Positions 38,218-48,094 are shown, counted from the first letter of the stretch. The stretch: 64,000 nt of DNA from Leptospirales bacterium (GCA_040326155.1 JBEQLE010000008.1:13531-77530), one strand, 5' to 3'. Program-made: numbers and translations. Notes: generated from the sequence alone by a model not told the origin.

Positions 38218-38997
38218 ATGTTCATTGTAAAAGCTATAACGAATCGAATATTACAGGTATGGAAATATACAGGAGGTTTATTCGCTCTTATATTTTTCTC
38301 TGTCCGTGATTATCTATTTGAACGCAAAGGACGTCATTTAGTACATAGCATTATCACCTCCCAGATTTACTTTACCGGGAATAAAGCGATTACAATTATT
38401 TCAACGGTTGCTTTTACACTGGGCGCCATAACAGTAATACAACTCTTTAGCAGACTTTCCAGTGTCGGCGCCGTTGAGTATATGGGTGTAATTTTGAACG
38501 TGGTTATAATACGAGAACTTGGCCCATTGATAACGGCTTTTGTAGTTATCGCCCGTTCGGGTTCAGCCATTTCAGCTGAAATTGCCACAATGATGGTCAC
38601 TGACGAAATCAGCGCTATTGAAATGCAAGGTATAAACACTTTAAAAATAATCGTATTCCCACGAATAGCGGGTGTAACTATTTCGTTAATTATGCTATCG
38701 ATATATTTTATTACACTCGGGTTAACCGGAGCTTTTATAATCGGCAACCTTTATTCAGGGCTGACGTTTGATACTTTTCAAAAGTATATGTTAAATTCTA
38801 TTGGATTTCTCGATATTTTAGCCAGCATTATGAAGAGTGCCGTGTTCGGCCTTTTTATTGCGGCAATTCCCATTTATTATGGCTTTCAGGCTTTTACATA
38901 TACTCAAATTCCCCAGGTGACAACAAAAGCCGTGGTGAGTTCTATTTTTACTTTATTTGTGCTTGATATATTAATTACTTTGATGTTTTCTTTATAG
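38218..38997 (+). CDS. mlaE: MlaE-family ABC permease
   Basis: RELGPLITAFVVIARSGSAISAEIATM..EISA..G, VFPRI. Confidence 0.92.
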   Translation: MFIVKAITNRILQVWKYTGGLFALIFFSVRDYLFERKGRHLVHSIITSQIYFTGNKAITIISTVAFTLGAITVIQLFSRLSSVGAVEYMGVILNVVIIRELGPLITAFVVIARSGSAISAEIATMMVTDEISAIEMQGINTLKIIVFPRIAGVTISLIMLSIYFITLGLTGAFIIGNLYSGLTFDTFQKYMLNSIGFLDILASIMKSAVFGLFIAAIPIYYGFQAFTYTQIPQVTTKAVVSSIFTLFVLDILITLMFSL

Positions 38998-39005
38998 GGC
39001 AGAAT

Positions 39006-39731
39006 GTGAGCGAAATAGTATTAGATAATGTCGGACTGGTCAGCAATTCGACGCAAATTTTAGAAAATATAAACGAAACGATTTTTCGTGGGGAGCTTTA
39101 CTGTATTTTAGGAACGTCAGGCAGCGGAAAGTCTACCTTGTTAAAAGTCATTAACGGACTCTTAATTGAAATAGAAGGAAAAGTCATCGTGCAAGGCAAG
39201 AGTATTTACAACTACAGTCCAAAGGAAATGTTAAACTACCATAACCGGTGTGGGTTTGTATTTCAAACTTCAGCATTAATAAGTAACATGACGGTGTTTG
39301 ATAATCTTGCATTATGCTTTCAATACCATACAAATTTAACAAAGATTGAAATTTTTGAAAAAATTGAACCGCACCTGGCTTATTTTGACGTCGATACAAC
39401 TATATTGGAACAACGCCCCGCTTTTTTAAGCAATGGAGAAAAGCAAATTTTCGGAATTATTCGTGCCTTGCTGAGAGATCCCGAATATCGATTCTGGGAC
39501 CAGCCGCTCTCCAGCCTGGACCATATTTATCAAAATAGAGTACAAAAATTAATAGAAAAATCACGGGATGAAGGAAAAACAACAATATTAGTTTCTAATC
39601 ATCCTAAATATGCGTTGAAGGTCGCCGACCGTATCGGAATTTTACACCAGGGCAGATTAATTGCCAGTGAAACCCCCAGGGTAATTAAAAAAACAAAAGA
39701 CTCCATAATAAAAAGGTTAATTCAAAGTTAA
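39006..39731 (+). CDS. mlaF: MlaF-like ABC ATP-binding protein (degenerate motifs)
   Basis: GTSGSGKST, FVFQ, LSNGE, FWDQP; lies between mlaE and mlaD. Confidence 0.82.
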   Translation: MSEIVLDNVGLVSNSTQILENINETIFRGELYCILGTSGSGKSTLLKVINGLLIEIEGKVIVQGKSIYNYSPKEMLNYHNRCGFVFQTSALISNMTVFDNLALCFQYHTNLTKIEIFEKIEPHLAYFDVDTTILEQRPAFLSNGEKQIFGIIRALLRDPEYRFWDQPLSSLDHIYQNRVQKLIEKSRDEGKTTILVSNHPKYALKVADRIGILHQGRLIASETPRVIKKTKDSIIKRLIQS

Positions 39732-39743
39732 CGAGGAAAGATT

Positions 39744-40838
39744 ATGCCATTTACATTTAAAAACAAACAAAAAGCCGTCTCAATGTTTTTCATGGTGGGG
39801 CTATTTCTCCTGGTTGTGTTAGGAGTGCTGTTTGCAAAGCAAAGCGACTTAATAACTTCAAAAGTGAAATATTACACTATATTCACAGATGCCCATGGGT
39901 TTTCAGGTGGCGCCGATATTACCTATAGAGGTTTTAAAATCGGTCGCATCACCTCGGTCAGCCTTACAGAAGACAACAACATACAAGCAAATTTATACAT
40001 ATACAAAAAACATGAGAGGTTGATTGGGCCCGACTCTGTATTACGAGTACAAACCAATATAGTTGGATCTTCATCACTTACATTAATGACCTTTGATCCT
40101 GTACCTGAAGAAAAAATATCTGACAAAGACACAACAAAGGGCGAACAAGCCGAAAAAAATCCGGATGGCAAATTAGACAAAATTGACGAAAAGCAAAATA
40201 ATAATGCCCCGGACAAAGCTCCCGAAGACACTCTAGCCGAAACGACCCAGGAAGATACTGAACCTCTAAAGGATATTAAAGGAAATTTTGGTACAATAAG
40301 AGAAGGAATATTCTCTTCCGATATGGCTCAAGGGAAGAAAATATTAAAAGAAAAGGCCGCTACAACAATCGCTGGGGATGAATTATCAGATAAAATTGCC
40401 GTATTACTTGACGATGTTCACACGCTGCAGCCTGAATTAAAGTCCACTCTGGAGAATATTTCAAAATCAATGGAACACATGAGTGTTATTTTAGCAAGCT
40501 TACGAGGTAGCAATAGAACCCCACTGGGTGAATCGGTGCTTTCCATACTCAAAAATACGAATGAAACAACTAAAAGCTTAAATGAATTAAGCGCAGCTTT
40601 AAATTCACCGAAAAACACCGTTGGCTCTTTAGCTCGCGATAACGGAACCATGCTCAAAACACTCAGTGAGGTGATGGCAAATCTTGAAGTTCTTTCGAAA
40701 GATTTAAAAACATTTTCAGCATCTACCGTAGGTGATGAAGCAAAAATGGAAAAATTAATGCGCTTGATCGATGAGAATCTTGTCGAAACAAAAATTCTCG
40801 TGAAAGGAATGCAAAAAGTCTTTCCCTACCGCGAATAA
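39744..40838 (+). CDS. mlaD: MlaD/MCE-family protein
   Basis: N-terminal TM, F.DA.G...GADI.YRG.KIGRI MCE domain, helical C-terminus. Confidence 0.88.
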   Translation: MPFTFKNKQKAVSMFFMVGLFLLVVLGVLFAKQSDLITSKVKYYTIFTDAHGFSGGADITYRGFKIGRITSVSLTEDNNIQANLYIYKKHERLIGPDSVLRVQTNIVGSSSLTLMTFDPVPEEKISDKDTTKGEQAEKNPDGKLDKIDEKQNNNAPDKAPEDTLAETTQEDTEPLKDIKGNFGTIREGIFSSDMAQGKKILKEKAATTIAGDELSDKIAVLLDDVHTLQPELKSTLENISKSMEHMSVILASLRGSNRTPLGESVLSILKNTNETTKSLNELSAALNSPKNTVGSLARDNGTMLKTLSEVMANLEVLSKDLKTFSASTVGDEAKMEKLMRLIDENLVETKILVKGMQKVFPYRE

Positions 40839-40871
40839 AAGAAATTCAACGAGTAGCGTTTTACTTGTTTG

Positions 40872-41324
40872 CTATATCACTTTTTTAATCTGGCGATTCA
40901 ATGTGGAAGCTATTATTAGATCAACCCCGGTTTTTAATATATCAGACCAGCGTTGTTTAATTTGTTCGTTCATCTGAGGTTCATATGCTGTTAATTTCGA
41001 AATGAGAATATCACGCCATTCCCACATTGTGTAAGGTGGAAGTTCATCGAGACAAGTCATTACGGGAAGTTTTCTTACATATTTGCCATACCTACCCCAG
41101 ATTGCGCCCGTAGATGAACAATCGAGGGAATACCACAACAGTGTATCGGCGGCTTCTAAAATTTTTCCTTTTATTTGCGGCTCTGGCTCCTGGCTAAACA
41201 TGGAAATTGCCTCGGGAGTCGTACTGGAAATTGCATAGTACACATCGTTCCAAAAGTCACGATTTTTGGCACAAGCGCGATAGCTTTGCCTGAGAACGAG
41301 ATCTGTATTGTCGGTTAGTTCCAT
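40872..41324 (-). CDS. Globin-fold-like protein lacking histidine
   Basis: QSYRAC..DFW..Y......PE...F and EPQMNEQIKQRW..IL..GV pattern of single-domain globins; RBS AGGA before ATG 41324. Confidence 0.55.
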   Translation of the reverse strand: MELTDNTDLVLRQSYRACAKNRDFWNDVYYAISSTTPEAISMFSQEPEPQIKGKILEAADTLLWYSLDCSSTGAIWGRYGKYVRKLPVMTCLDELPPYTMWEWRDILISKLTAYEPQMNEQIKQRWSDILKTGVDLIIASTLNRQIKKVI

Positions 41325-41421
41325 TTTCCTTATCTCTAAATCAGCCAAAGAGCTGATACAAATCGATTTCAATGTAACAATAATTCTTTGACGTGTCTAC
41401 TTTTGTTTTGTATAAAGCCCA

Positions 41422-41664
41422 TTAACCATCAATTTTCCGATGTGAACCATCGCAGTCCGGTGGGTAATTTGTTTGTTTGCATTGACATAATGACATATAC
41501 TTATCTGTTTTCACTTCAAATTTTTTCGGTGAAAAAGAAGTCCTATCATGATGGCCATCGCAAAAGGGCTGCTTTAAAGATAACCCACATTGACACCAGT
41601 AGTAAGTACCCGCAGCCAACTTTTCTGTATATGGTTTCTTCATGGCAACTTTTGGCTTTTGCAT
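41422..41664 (-). CDS. CDGSH iron-sulfur protein (two-motif, MiNT/CISD3-like)
   Basis: WCQCGLSLKQPFCDGHH and LCQCKQTNYPPDCDGSH. Confidence 0.92.
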   Translation of the reverse strand: MQKPKVAMKKPYTEKLAAGTYYWCQCGLSLKQPFCDGHHDRTSFSPKKFEVKTDKYMSLCQCKQTNYPPDCDGSHRKIDG

Positions 41665-41735
41665 GCATTTTCCTTATTCTTAATGACTTAGACGTACAAC
41701 TAATACATAATCCGTCAACCAGGTTTTAATAATTG

Positions 41736-41750
41736 TTATAATTATTATAA
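41736..41750. promoter_or_regulatory. Per-box-like 7-1-7 palindrome (Fur/PerR family)
   Basis: TTATAAT-T-ATTATAA, identical to the Bacillus PerR consensus, between the divergent CDGSH and hemN genes. Confidence 0.5.
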
Positions 41751-41837
41751 AAACATCCCCCTGCGACCTTACATCTTTCTGACAATTACAGGCAACCTGA
41801 ATTGACAAACCATGCCTGAATTTAACCATGTTAACTT

Positions 41838-43235
41838 ATGAGCGACAATAACACAATGCAGCAAACAGAAGATGTTGCGGTTCGACAACTGATAGACCGT
41901 TATAACACCCCGGTCCCGCGATACACTTCCTACCCGACCGCTTTGGAATTCGAACCCGAATTTAACGAATCTCTTTTTTTTGAAGCGTTAAACCAAATGG
42001 ACCAGGAAAAACCCATTAGTCTATATATTCATATCCCTTTTTGCGAAAAACGTTGCCACTATTGTGGCTGTAATGTCATTGTAAGCCGTCGAAAAGAGTT
42101 ACTTGCACCATTTTTAGATGACCTATATAAAGAAATTCAACATAAAATCGAGAAAATCGGATTTAAACCCCAGGTCGCACAACTGCACTTCGGGGGAGGA
42201 ACCCCGAATTATTTATCGGCGAAGGACTGGGAAGAGCTTCTTGCTTTTCTAAAAGAACACTTCACTTTTAACTCGGAAATCGAAATGAGTGTTGAACTCG
42301 ACCCCATGCATTTAAACGATGAATATTTAACCGATTTAAAAAAACTGGGGTTTAATCGACTAAGTTTTGGAATTCAAGATATTCATGATAAAGTTCAACA
42401 TGCAGTGAATCGTGAACAAAGTTTCGATCATATTAATGCTTGTTACAGCAGCGCTCGTAAACTCGGGTTTGACTCTCTCAACGTAGACTTTATTTACGGC
42501 TTGCCCTACCAGGACGAAGAATCGTTTAATGAAAATATAGATTGGGTAAAAACCCATAGGCCCGATCGAATTGCCATCTTCAGTTATGCACATATTCCAT
42601 GGATAAAAAGCCATCAAAAAAATATGCCAGAAGAAGCTCTACCAGACGCCGCCACAAAAATGTCTATATATTTATCTTCTCGAAAAAAACTGCTTGAAAT
42701 TGGCTATGTCGCCATCGGTATCGACCACTACGCCATACCCGAAGACGAACTAAGCCGAGCTCGTGAAGACCGAAGTTTACACCGAAATTTTATGGGATAC
42801 ACGACCAAGGCAAACATCGACATGCTTGCATTTGGGCCAAGTGCAATTTCCATGGTCGGTGGTGTGTTTGTACAAAACCATCTAAAACTGCGTTCTTATG
42901 AATCGGCTGCAAGAACCCAGGAGTCACACTTTGAAAAAGGTTACAAAATGACAGAAGAAGATATTCTTCGTTCTGAAGTTATTCAGTCTATTATGAATAA
43001 CTTATTTGTAGATATTCAGGAAATAAATAAAAAATGGAATATCGATTTCTGGAGTAAATTCGGGGATGAAAAAGAGCGGTTAAACTCTTTTAAATCGGAA
43101 GGCCTTATTAAATATAATGATTCTACCATCGAAGTGACAAAAACCGGCTCTTACGTTGTTCGACATATTGCCACCACGTTCGATGCCTACCGGGGAAAAA
43201 ACGATAAAGAGAAACGATTCTCAAAAGGAATTTAA
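41838..43235 (+). CDS. hemN: Oxygen-independent coproporphyrinogen III oxidase
   Basis: PRYTSYPTA, HIPFCEKRCHYCGC, GGGTP, HRNFMGY, RFSK. Confidence 0.96.
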   Translation: MSDNNTMQQTEDVAVRQLIDRYNTPVPRYTSYPTALEFEPEFNESLFFEALNQMDQEKPISLYIHIPFCEKRCHYCGCNVIVSRRKELLAPFLDDLYKEIQHKIEKIGFKPQVAQLHFGGGTPNYLSAKDWEELLAFLKEHFTFNSEIEMSVELDPMHLNDEYLTDLKKLGFNRLSFGIQDIHDKVQHAVNREQSFDHINACYSSARKLGFDSLNVDFIYGLPYQDEESFNENIDWVKTHRPDRIAIFSYAHIPWIKSHQKNMPEEALPDAATKMSIYLSSRKKLLEIGYVAIGIDHYAIPEDELSRAREDRSLHRNFMGYTTKANIDMLAFGPSAISMVGGVFVQNHLKLRSYESAARTQESHFEKGYKMTEEDILRSEVIQSIMNNLFVDIQEINKKWNIDFWSKFGDEKERLNSFKSEGLIKYNDSTIEVTKTGSYVVRHIATTFDAYRGKNDKEKRFSKGI

Positions 43236-43248
43236 CAAAAATATAAAA

Positions 43249-43481
43249 GGGGAAGCGGGGAAAAACCGAACGAAGCGAATAAAGTACAACGAAGCGGGCT
43301 TTTAAAAACCACGCTTTTTAAAAGTAAAAAACTTCAAACAACAATCGAATGAAACGGCTTCGTCGAGTTTTCGTGCGAAAAACTCGACAGACCATCGTCC
43401 CTTCCGCTACCGCTAGCGGGACTCAAGCCAAAAACCGCAGGATTTTTTTACAAACTAAATGTAACCGAAGGATTATTTTGT
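43249..43481. repeat. Structured intergenic element with several hairpins
   Basis: GAAGCG three times; hairpins at 43299-43324, 43362-43388 and 43404-43419. Confidence 0.5.
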
Positions 43482-43484
43482 GCA

Positions 43485-46280
43485 CTAAAGAAAAGACAAC
43501 AGGTTGTTTATTTCACCGAGTTTTCTCTGGGCGTCGGCTTGCTTCGATTTTTCGCCTTCAATTAAGTCGGCGGGAGCATTTTCTACAAACTTCTCATTGG
43601 ACAATTTCTTGTTAATCGAATTTACGTATTGTTCGAGGTTTGCCGCCTCTTTACCAAGGCGCTCTTTCTCTTTTTCGGCGTCGACTAAATGTAAAACATC
43701 GAGAGCGATTGTGCCATAATCAAAAGGGGCTTTTATACCTTCGAGCGACGCATTACCAGTCTGGGTTTTAAACTCTTTGAGGTTCGTCAAACGAACGATG
43801 TGATCTTTCTGAAGTTCTAACTCACCGGCTATTTTTTCATCGTTAAAACCAACCGAGACCGAGAATTTTTCTCCCGGAGGCAGACCCAGCTCACCGCGCA
43901 AGGAACGAATTTTATTGATAACACCGATTAACCTTTGAGTTTTTTCCCATCCATCAATACTGGCCGAGTCGGAAAATTCAACGGGTTGCGGCCACGAAGC
44001 TACGATAATTTTCTCAGCAACTTTATCAGAACTTTCATCTTTCGTGTTTTCGGCCCAGAAACTGTAAAGTTCTTCTGTAATAAACGGCATAACCGGATGA
44101 AGTAGTTTCAGAGAGTTTAAAAATACAAAGTTTAAAACATAGCGTGTCGTCTCTGCCGTTTCGGAATCTTTCAAAGAAGTTTTGGACAGTTCCAGATAGT
44201 GACCACAAAAAGTTTTCCAAATAAAGTCGTATATGCTTTGCGCATACTCGGCAAAACGCATCGCCTCTAAAGAGTCGTTAATTTTACTCAGTGTGTTATT
44301 AAACTCTTTTAGAATCCAGGTGTCGATGGTCCCGAGTTCACCAGGCGCAGCCTTGGGCAAAACATAATCGGACGGTTGGTTCATCCAGATAAAACGAGCG
44401 GTGTTCCAGATTTTATTACAAAAAGCAGCGTAACCTTTTAAACGACTTTCGTCGTAAATAATATCTTTACCTTCGGGCAGAATCGATATCATGAAAAAGC
44501 GAAAAGCGTCGGTTCCATACTCACCCATTTTCTCAAGGGGGTTCACAACGTTACCTTTTGACTTACTCATTTTCGCTCGATCAGCGTCTCGCACCAGACC
44601 GTGAATATAAACTTTTTCAAAAGGAATCTCTTTCATAAAGTGTTTACCCATCATGATCATTCGGGCGACCCAGAAAAAGATAATATCAAAACCGGTGACC
44701 AGAACCCTGGTCGGATAAAATAAAGAAAGTTCGGTGTTGTCTACCGGCCACGACTTATTCTCTTTACTCTCTTTACTCTCCTGTTCAGAAAGAAGCGTAG
44801 AAAAGGGCCAGAGCGCCGAAGAAAACCAGGTATCGAGAACATCCTCGTCTTGTTTTATGTTAGAGCTATCACACTTTTCACATTTGTCGGGCTGTGAAAG
44901 GGCAACATGTATATGGCCACACTCGTCACAAATATAAGCGGGAATGCGATGCCCCCACCAGAGCTGACGCGAAATACACCAGTCTTGAATATTATACATC
45001 CACTCAAAATAGGTATTCTCCCACCGTTTGGGAACAAACTCTATGGAGCCATCTTTTACAACTTCAATAGCTTTTTCAGCAAGCGGTTTAACTTTTACAA
45101 ACCACTGCAAACTTGAAATGGGTTCTACAACGGTCGAACAGCGATAGCACTGCCCCACCGCGTGTTTTATATCTTCAATATTTAATAAGTACTTTTCGGT
45201 TTCCAGATCTTCGAGAATTTTCTCTCGAGCTTTTTCACGGGTCAGCCCTTTGTATTTTCCGGCCAATTCATTCATTACCGCATGGTCATCGAGAACTCTC
45301 GTTATAGGAAGGTTGTGACGTTTACCGGCTTCAAAGTCATTCGGGTCATGAGCCGGGGTAATTTTTACAACGCCCGTACCAAACTCTTTGTCTACAAAAT
45401 CATCAGCTATTACAGGTAGAACCTTACCAATAAGTGGCAACACAACTCGTTTACCAATAAACTGTTTATAACGATCATCATCGGGATGAACCGCCAGGGC
45501 CTCATCACCCAGCATGGTTTCGGGTCGAGTGGTTGCTACAGTTAAAACATTTCCTTCGGCAAGAGCCTTTTGAATTTCATCGTTTGTGGGTTCGTCGGAA
45601 TCGACAAGGGGATAGTGAACATGATAAAGTTTACCTTTGCGCTCTTTGTGCTCCACCTCAATATTCGAAATCGCGGTTACACAATGAGGACACCAGTTAA
45701 TAATTCTTTCGCTTCTATAGATAAGACCTTCGTTATAAAGACTAACGAAAACTTCACGAACGGTATGCGAAAGTCCTTCGTCCATGGTAAAACGCTCTTT
45801 TTCCCAGTCGACAGATTCGCCAAGCTCGCGCTGCTGGTGGGTGATCATCCCGCCGGACTCTTCTTTCCACTGCCAAACCCTCTCTTGAAATTTTTCCCGG
45901 CCCATCTCCCACCGGTTTGTTCCCTCTTTCGCGAGCAATTTTTCTACAACGTTCTGGGTGGCAATTCCAGCGTGGTCCGTTCCCGGCAGCCACATCGAGA
46001 CATCGCCCTTCATTCGGTGATGCCGTACCAGAATATCTTGTATAGTATGATTCAGTGCGTGCCCAAGATGCAACGACCCGGTAACATTCGGAGGCGGTAT
46101 AACCATCGAAAACGTTCTGTTTTCGCCATGAAGTTTTTTACCCTGCTCTTTTGTAATTTCACCCTCGGTATTATGTTTCCAGGAAAAATAACCGCCCTCT
46201 TCCCAGATCGGATACCACTTTTTCTCAAGCCCGTGCGGGTTATACTTCGAAGGTAAATCTTTAATATTTTCATCGGCCAT
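43485..46280 (-). CDS. valS: Valine--tRNA ligase
   Basis: PPPNVTGSLHLGH, DHAGIATQ, WCISRQLWWGH, KMSKS, C-terminal coiled coil; start MADENIK at 46280. Confidence 0.97.
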   Translation of the reverse strand: MADENIKDLPSKYNPHGLEKKWYPIWEEGGYFSWKHNTEGEITKEQGKKLHGENRTFSMVIPPPNVTGSLHLGHALNHTIQDILVRHHRMKGDVSMWLPGTDHAGIATQNVVEKLLAKEGTNRWEMGREKFQERVWQWKEESGGMITHQQRELGESVDWEKERFTMDEGLSHTVREVFVSLYNEGLIYRSERIINWCPHCVTAISNIEVEHKERKGKLYHVHYPLVDSDEPTNDEIQKALAEGNVLTVATTRPETMLGDEALAVHPDDDRYKQFIGKRVVLPLIGKVLPVIADDFVDKEFGTGVVKITPAHDPNDFEAGKRHNLPITRVLDDHAVMNELAGKYKGLTREKAREKILEDLETEKYLLNIEDIKHAVGQCYRCSTVVEPISSLQWFVKVKPLAEKAIEVVKDGSIEFVPKRWENTYFEWMYNIQDWCISRQLWWGHRIPAYICDECGHIHVALSQPDKCEKCDSSNIKQDEDVLDTWFSSALWPFSTLLSEQESKESKENKSWPVDNTELSLFYPTRVLVTGFDIIFFWVARMIMMGKHFMKEIPFEKVYIHGLVRDADRAKMSKSKGNVVNPLEKMGEYGTDAFRFFMISILPEGKDIIYDESRLKGYAAFCNKIWNTARFIWMNQPSDYVLPKAAPGELGTIDTWILKEFNNTLSKINDSLEAMRFAEYAQSIYDFIWKTFCGHYLELSKTSLKDSETAETTRYVLNFVFLNSLKLLHPVMPFITEELYSFWAENTKDESSDKVAEKIIVASWPQPVEFSDSASIDGWEKTQRLIGVINKIRSLRGELGLPPGEKFSVSVGFNDEKIAGELELQKDHIVRLTNLKEFKTQTGNASLEGIKAPFDYGTIALDVLHLVDAEKEKERLGKEAANLEQYVNSINKKLSNEKFVENAPADLIEGEKSKQADAQRKLGEINNLLSFL

Positions 46281-46340
46281 ATCCACCAAAACAGTGTTTT
46301 GAGACGGCTTGTCAATGGTTAGATTAAGGCAGGGAAGCAA

Positions 46341-46408
46341 GGAGGGTGCAAGTCTGCCCCCTCGCTACAAATCTTTTTATTAAAAAGATTTTCTGCTACC
46401 CCCGACGT
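46341..46408 (-). repeat. Two-hairpin intergenic repeat, copy C
   Basis: Reverse complement reads ACGTCGGGGGTAGC-AGA-[AAATCTTTTT AAT AAAAAGATTT]-GTA-GCGAGGGGGCAGACTTGCACCCT. Confidence 0.75.
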
Positions 46409-46463
46409 TTTTTAGTGGATTTGTAAACTTCGTTTTCGAATTTTCATTATACAATATTTATAT

Positions 46464-46576
46464 TTACTTTTCCGGCTGACCGCCGGGGAGGGTGTCACTT
46501 TTCTTTTTCCGCAAAAATAAAAGTAACCAAAAGAAAAACGCCCCATCCCGCCGCCCTCCTGGCGGGGGGATGGGGG
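46464..46576 (+). repeat. REP/MITE-like GC-rich structured element
   Basis: GTCACTTTTCTTTTT-CCGC-AAAAATAAAAGTAAC-CAAAAGAAAA hairpin and tail, plus CCCCATCCC...GGGATGGGG hairpin. Confidence 0.5.
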
Positions 46577-46792
46577 AGATTAAGCCTCCCGGTATTGGTT
46601 CTCTAAAAGGAAATTTCTGGCTGCGCGTTTTGGTACAATTTGCAGTGCGGAAATCTACCAAATTCTTCCTTGTATCCACGACTTCAAGTTTTTTCACTTT
46701 GACATCCGTATACAAAGTGTTAATGGCAATTATGTTAGGCATGTTTTGAATATTGTATTTACTATTTGATTTATTTACCAAAAATATCCTAA

Positions 46793-47002
46793 ATGTCATC
46801 TTACCTAGAAAAAGTCCCTACAACAGAAGTAAACCTTGAATCAATTTGGGGTACAGGAAAATTTTTTTTCCTGGAAAGGTTTCATAAATCTATAGCAGAA
46901 TCTCATCCGTGTGTGAATTTCAACGCATGGCAAAATGATTATTCTGAAGATCCCTTCTTCTCTTTTTTTTCTGAACTTCACTCTCACATAACCTATTTAT
47001 AA
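46793..47002 (+). pseudogene. N-terminal remnant of a KAP-family P-loop NTPase
   Basis: NLESIWGTGKFFFL (decayed Walker A) and VNFNAWQNDYSEDPF; only 69 aa. Confidence 0.72.
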
Positions 47003-47235
47003 CTATATTACTTTCTCTATCTAGTGCAGTGTCTGTTTAATTTGTTCCGTTAGCGCTATCAGGGCTCAGGCCTCGTAAGATTCAGTGTAGGTTTTTCACA
47101 GCAACATTCGTATGTGAAGTGTTGGGTGGAATGGCTGGGATTATTCGAAAGTTTATTTACTCAGTTTATATTTAATTTGTTTTAAATGAAATACTTATAT
47201 CAAGTTAATATTACAGTCATAATTGTGCCGCAAAA

Positions 47236-47541
47236 TCAGGCTATCTTACTTAACTTAATATTTATTTTATATCCCAAGGCAGATAATACTCTAATCATAA
47301 AATCAGTTGAAAAATCTGTTCTACTTCTATTTAGCAAAGCTGTGATGCGCGTTCTGGCTGTTCCGACTTTCTTAGCAATTTCTGCATGAGTCAGCTTAGA
47401 ACGATCTGCTAGCAGAATTATTTTGTCATTAAGGCTTGAACGAAATTCCCATTCAATAGCATCAGACTCAGGCAGTCCTAATACTTTTGCTAATTCCTTG
47501 GCATCCTTAGCCGCAATTATTTTTGAATTCTCATTTTTCAT
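47236..47541 (-). CDS. Xre/HTH antitoxin
   Basis: LTHAEIAKKVGTARTRITALLN...FSTDFMIRVLSALG; overlaps the toxin gene. Confidence 0.88.
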   Translation of the reverse strand: MKNENSKIIAAKDAKELAKVLGLPESDAIEWEFRSSLNDKIILLADRSKLTHAEIAKKVGTARTRITALLNRSRTDFSTDFMIRVLSALGYKINIKLSKIA

Positions 47542-47869
47542 TTAAATGCTCCACAATTTCTTTTAAACGTAATCTTCCTGTATTTATTTCTTTCAAAGGT
47601 GTTTTATTTGATTTTTTTTGAAACATGTGAAATACAATAATTGAATCTTTTATTTTTGTATAATAGAACACTCTATACGCGTTTCCAGCTTCTTTTAACC
47701 TTAGTTCAAAAACTCCTTTTTTTATAGTCGTAAATGGTTTAGATTCTGGAGGTCCCAAAGTTTTTCCTAGTTGTAGATCAAAAATCAAATCACCTATTTT
47801 CTTCCTTACTTCGGTATCACAAGCTCGCAGGTATTTTACTACTTCAGAATGGAATAAAGTACCTTTCAC
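47531..47869 (-). CDS. RelE/ParE-superfamily (Gp49/HigB-like) toxin
   Basis: GVFELRL....AYRVFY......VFHMFQKKSNKTPLKEI; toxin-first gene order. Confidence 0.9.
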   Translation of the reverse strand: MKGTLFHSEVVKYLRACDTEVRKKIGDLIFDLQLGKTLGPPESKPFTTIKKGVFELRLKEAGNAYRVFYYTKIKDSIIVFHMFQKKSNKTPLKEINTGRLRLKEIVEHLNEK

Positions 47870-47874
47870 AATTC

Positions 47875-47903
47875 AATGTATTGTTTTTAATACATATAGT
47901 CAA
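47875..47903 (-). promoter_or_regulatory. Toxin-antitoxin promoter with overlapping operator
   Basis: TTGACT-17-TACATT-5-GTG; inverted repeat ATGTATT-N6-AATACAT at 47876..47895. Confidence 0.7.
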
Positions 47904-47991
47904 CTTTTATTCCGTTCTGCCAGCCACAACCGATAATAAATTTTCATCTGCTCGCGCCAGACTGCGCGGTCAATTAGGCCACCCCAAAGAG

Positions 47992-48056
47992 TCCATCTTC
48001 GTATCTTAATCATGTCAATCCTGTAAATCCTGTCTAATTCTTCTTCTCCCTCCCTG
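47992..48056 (+). repeat. 65-bp direct repeat, left of vapBC
   Basis: 62/65 identical to 48845..48909; core AATCCTGTAAATCCTGTC. Confidence 0.9.
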
Positions 48057-48065
48057 TATTTTTAG

Positions 48066-48094
48066 TTGCCAACACACATGTTATAACATATATT
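48066..48094 (+). promoter_or_regulatory. vapBC promoter/operator
   Basis: TTGCCA-17-TATATT with the palindrome ATGTTATAACAT at 48078..48089. Confidence 0.6.

Noticed and set aside
43349..43615. 88-aa ORF downstream of hemN
   Set aside because: It runs through hairpin DNA and antisense into valS.
46281..46460. T-box leader for valS
   Set aside because: No T-box (AGGTGG.ACC.CG-like) motif; the hairpins are repeat copy C.
46464..46799. ORFs 46464..46799 (-) and 46492..46749 (+)
   Set aside because: They translate a structured repeat and low-complexity DNA, with no recognisable protein features.
47020..47200. attC site or IS end beside the toxin-antitoxin modules
   Set aside because: GTTAGCG and CTAGTGCAGTGTC are present, but I could not find a matching RYYYAAC partner, a paired terminal repeat or an integrase.
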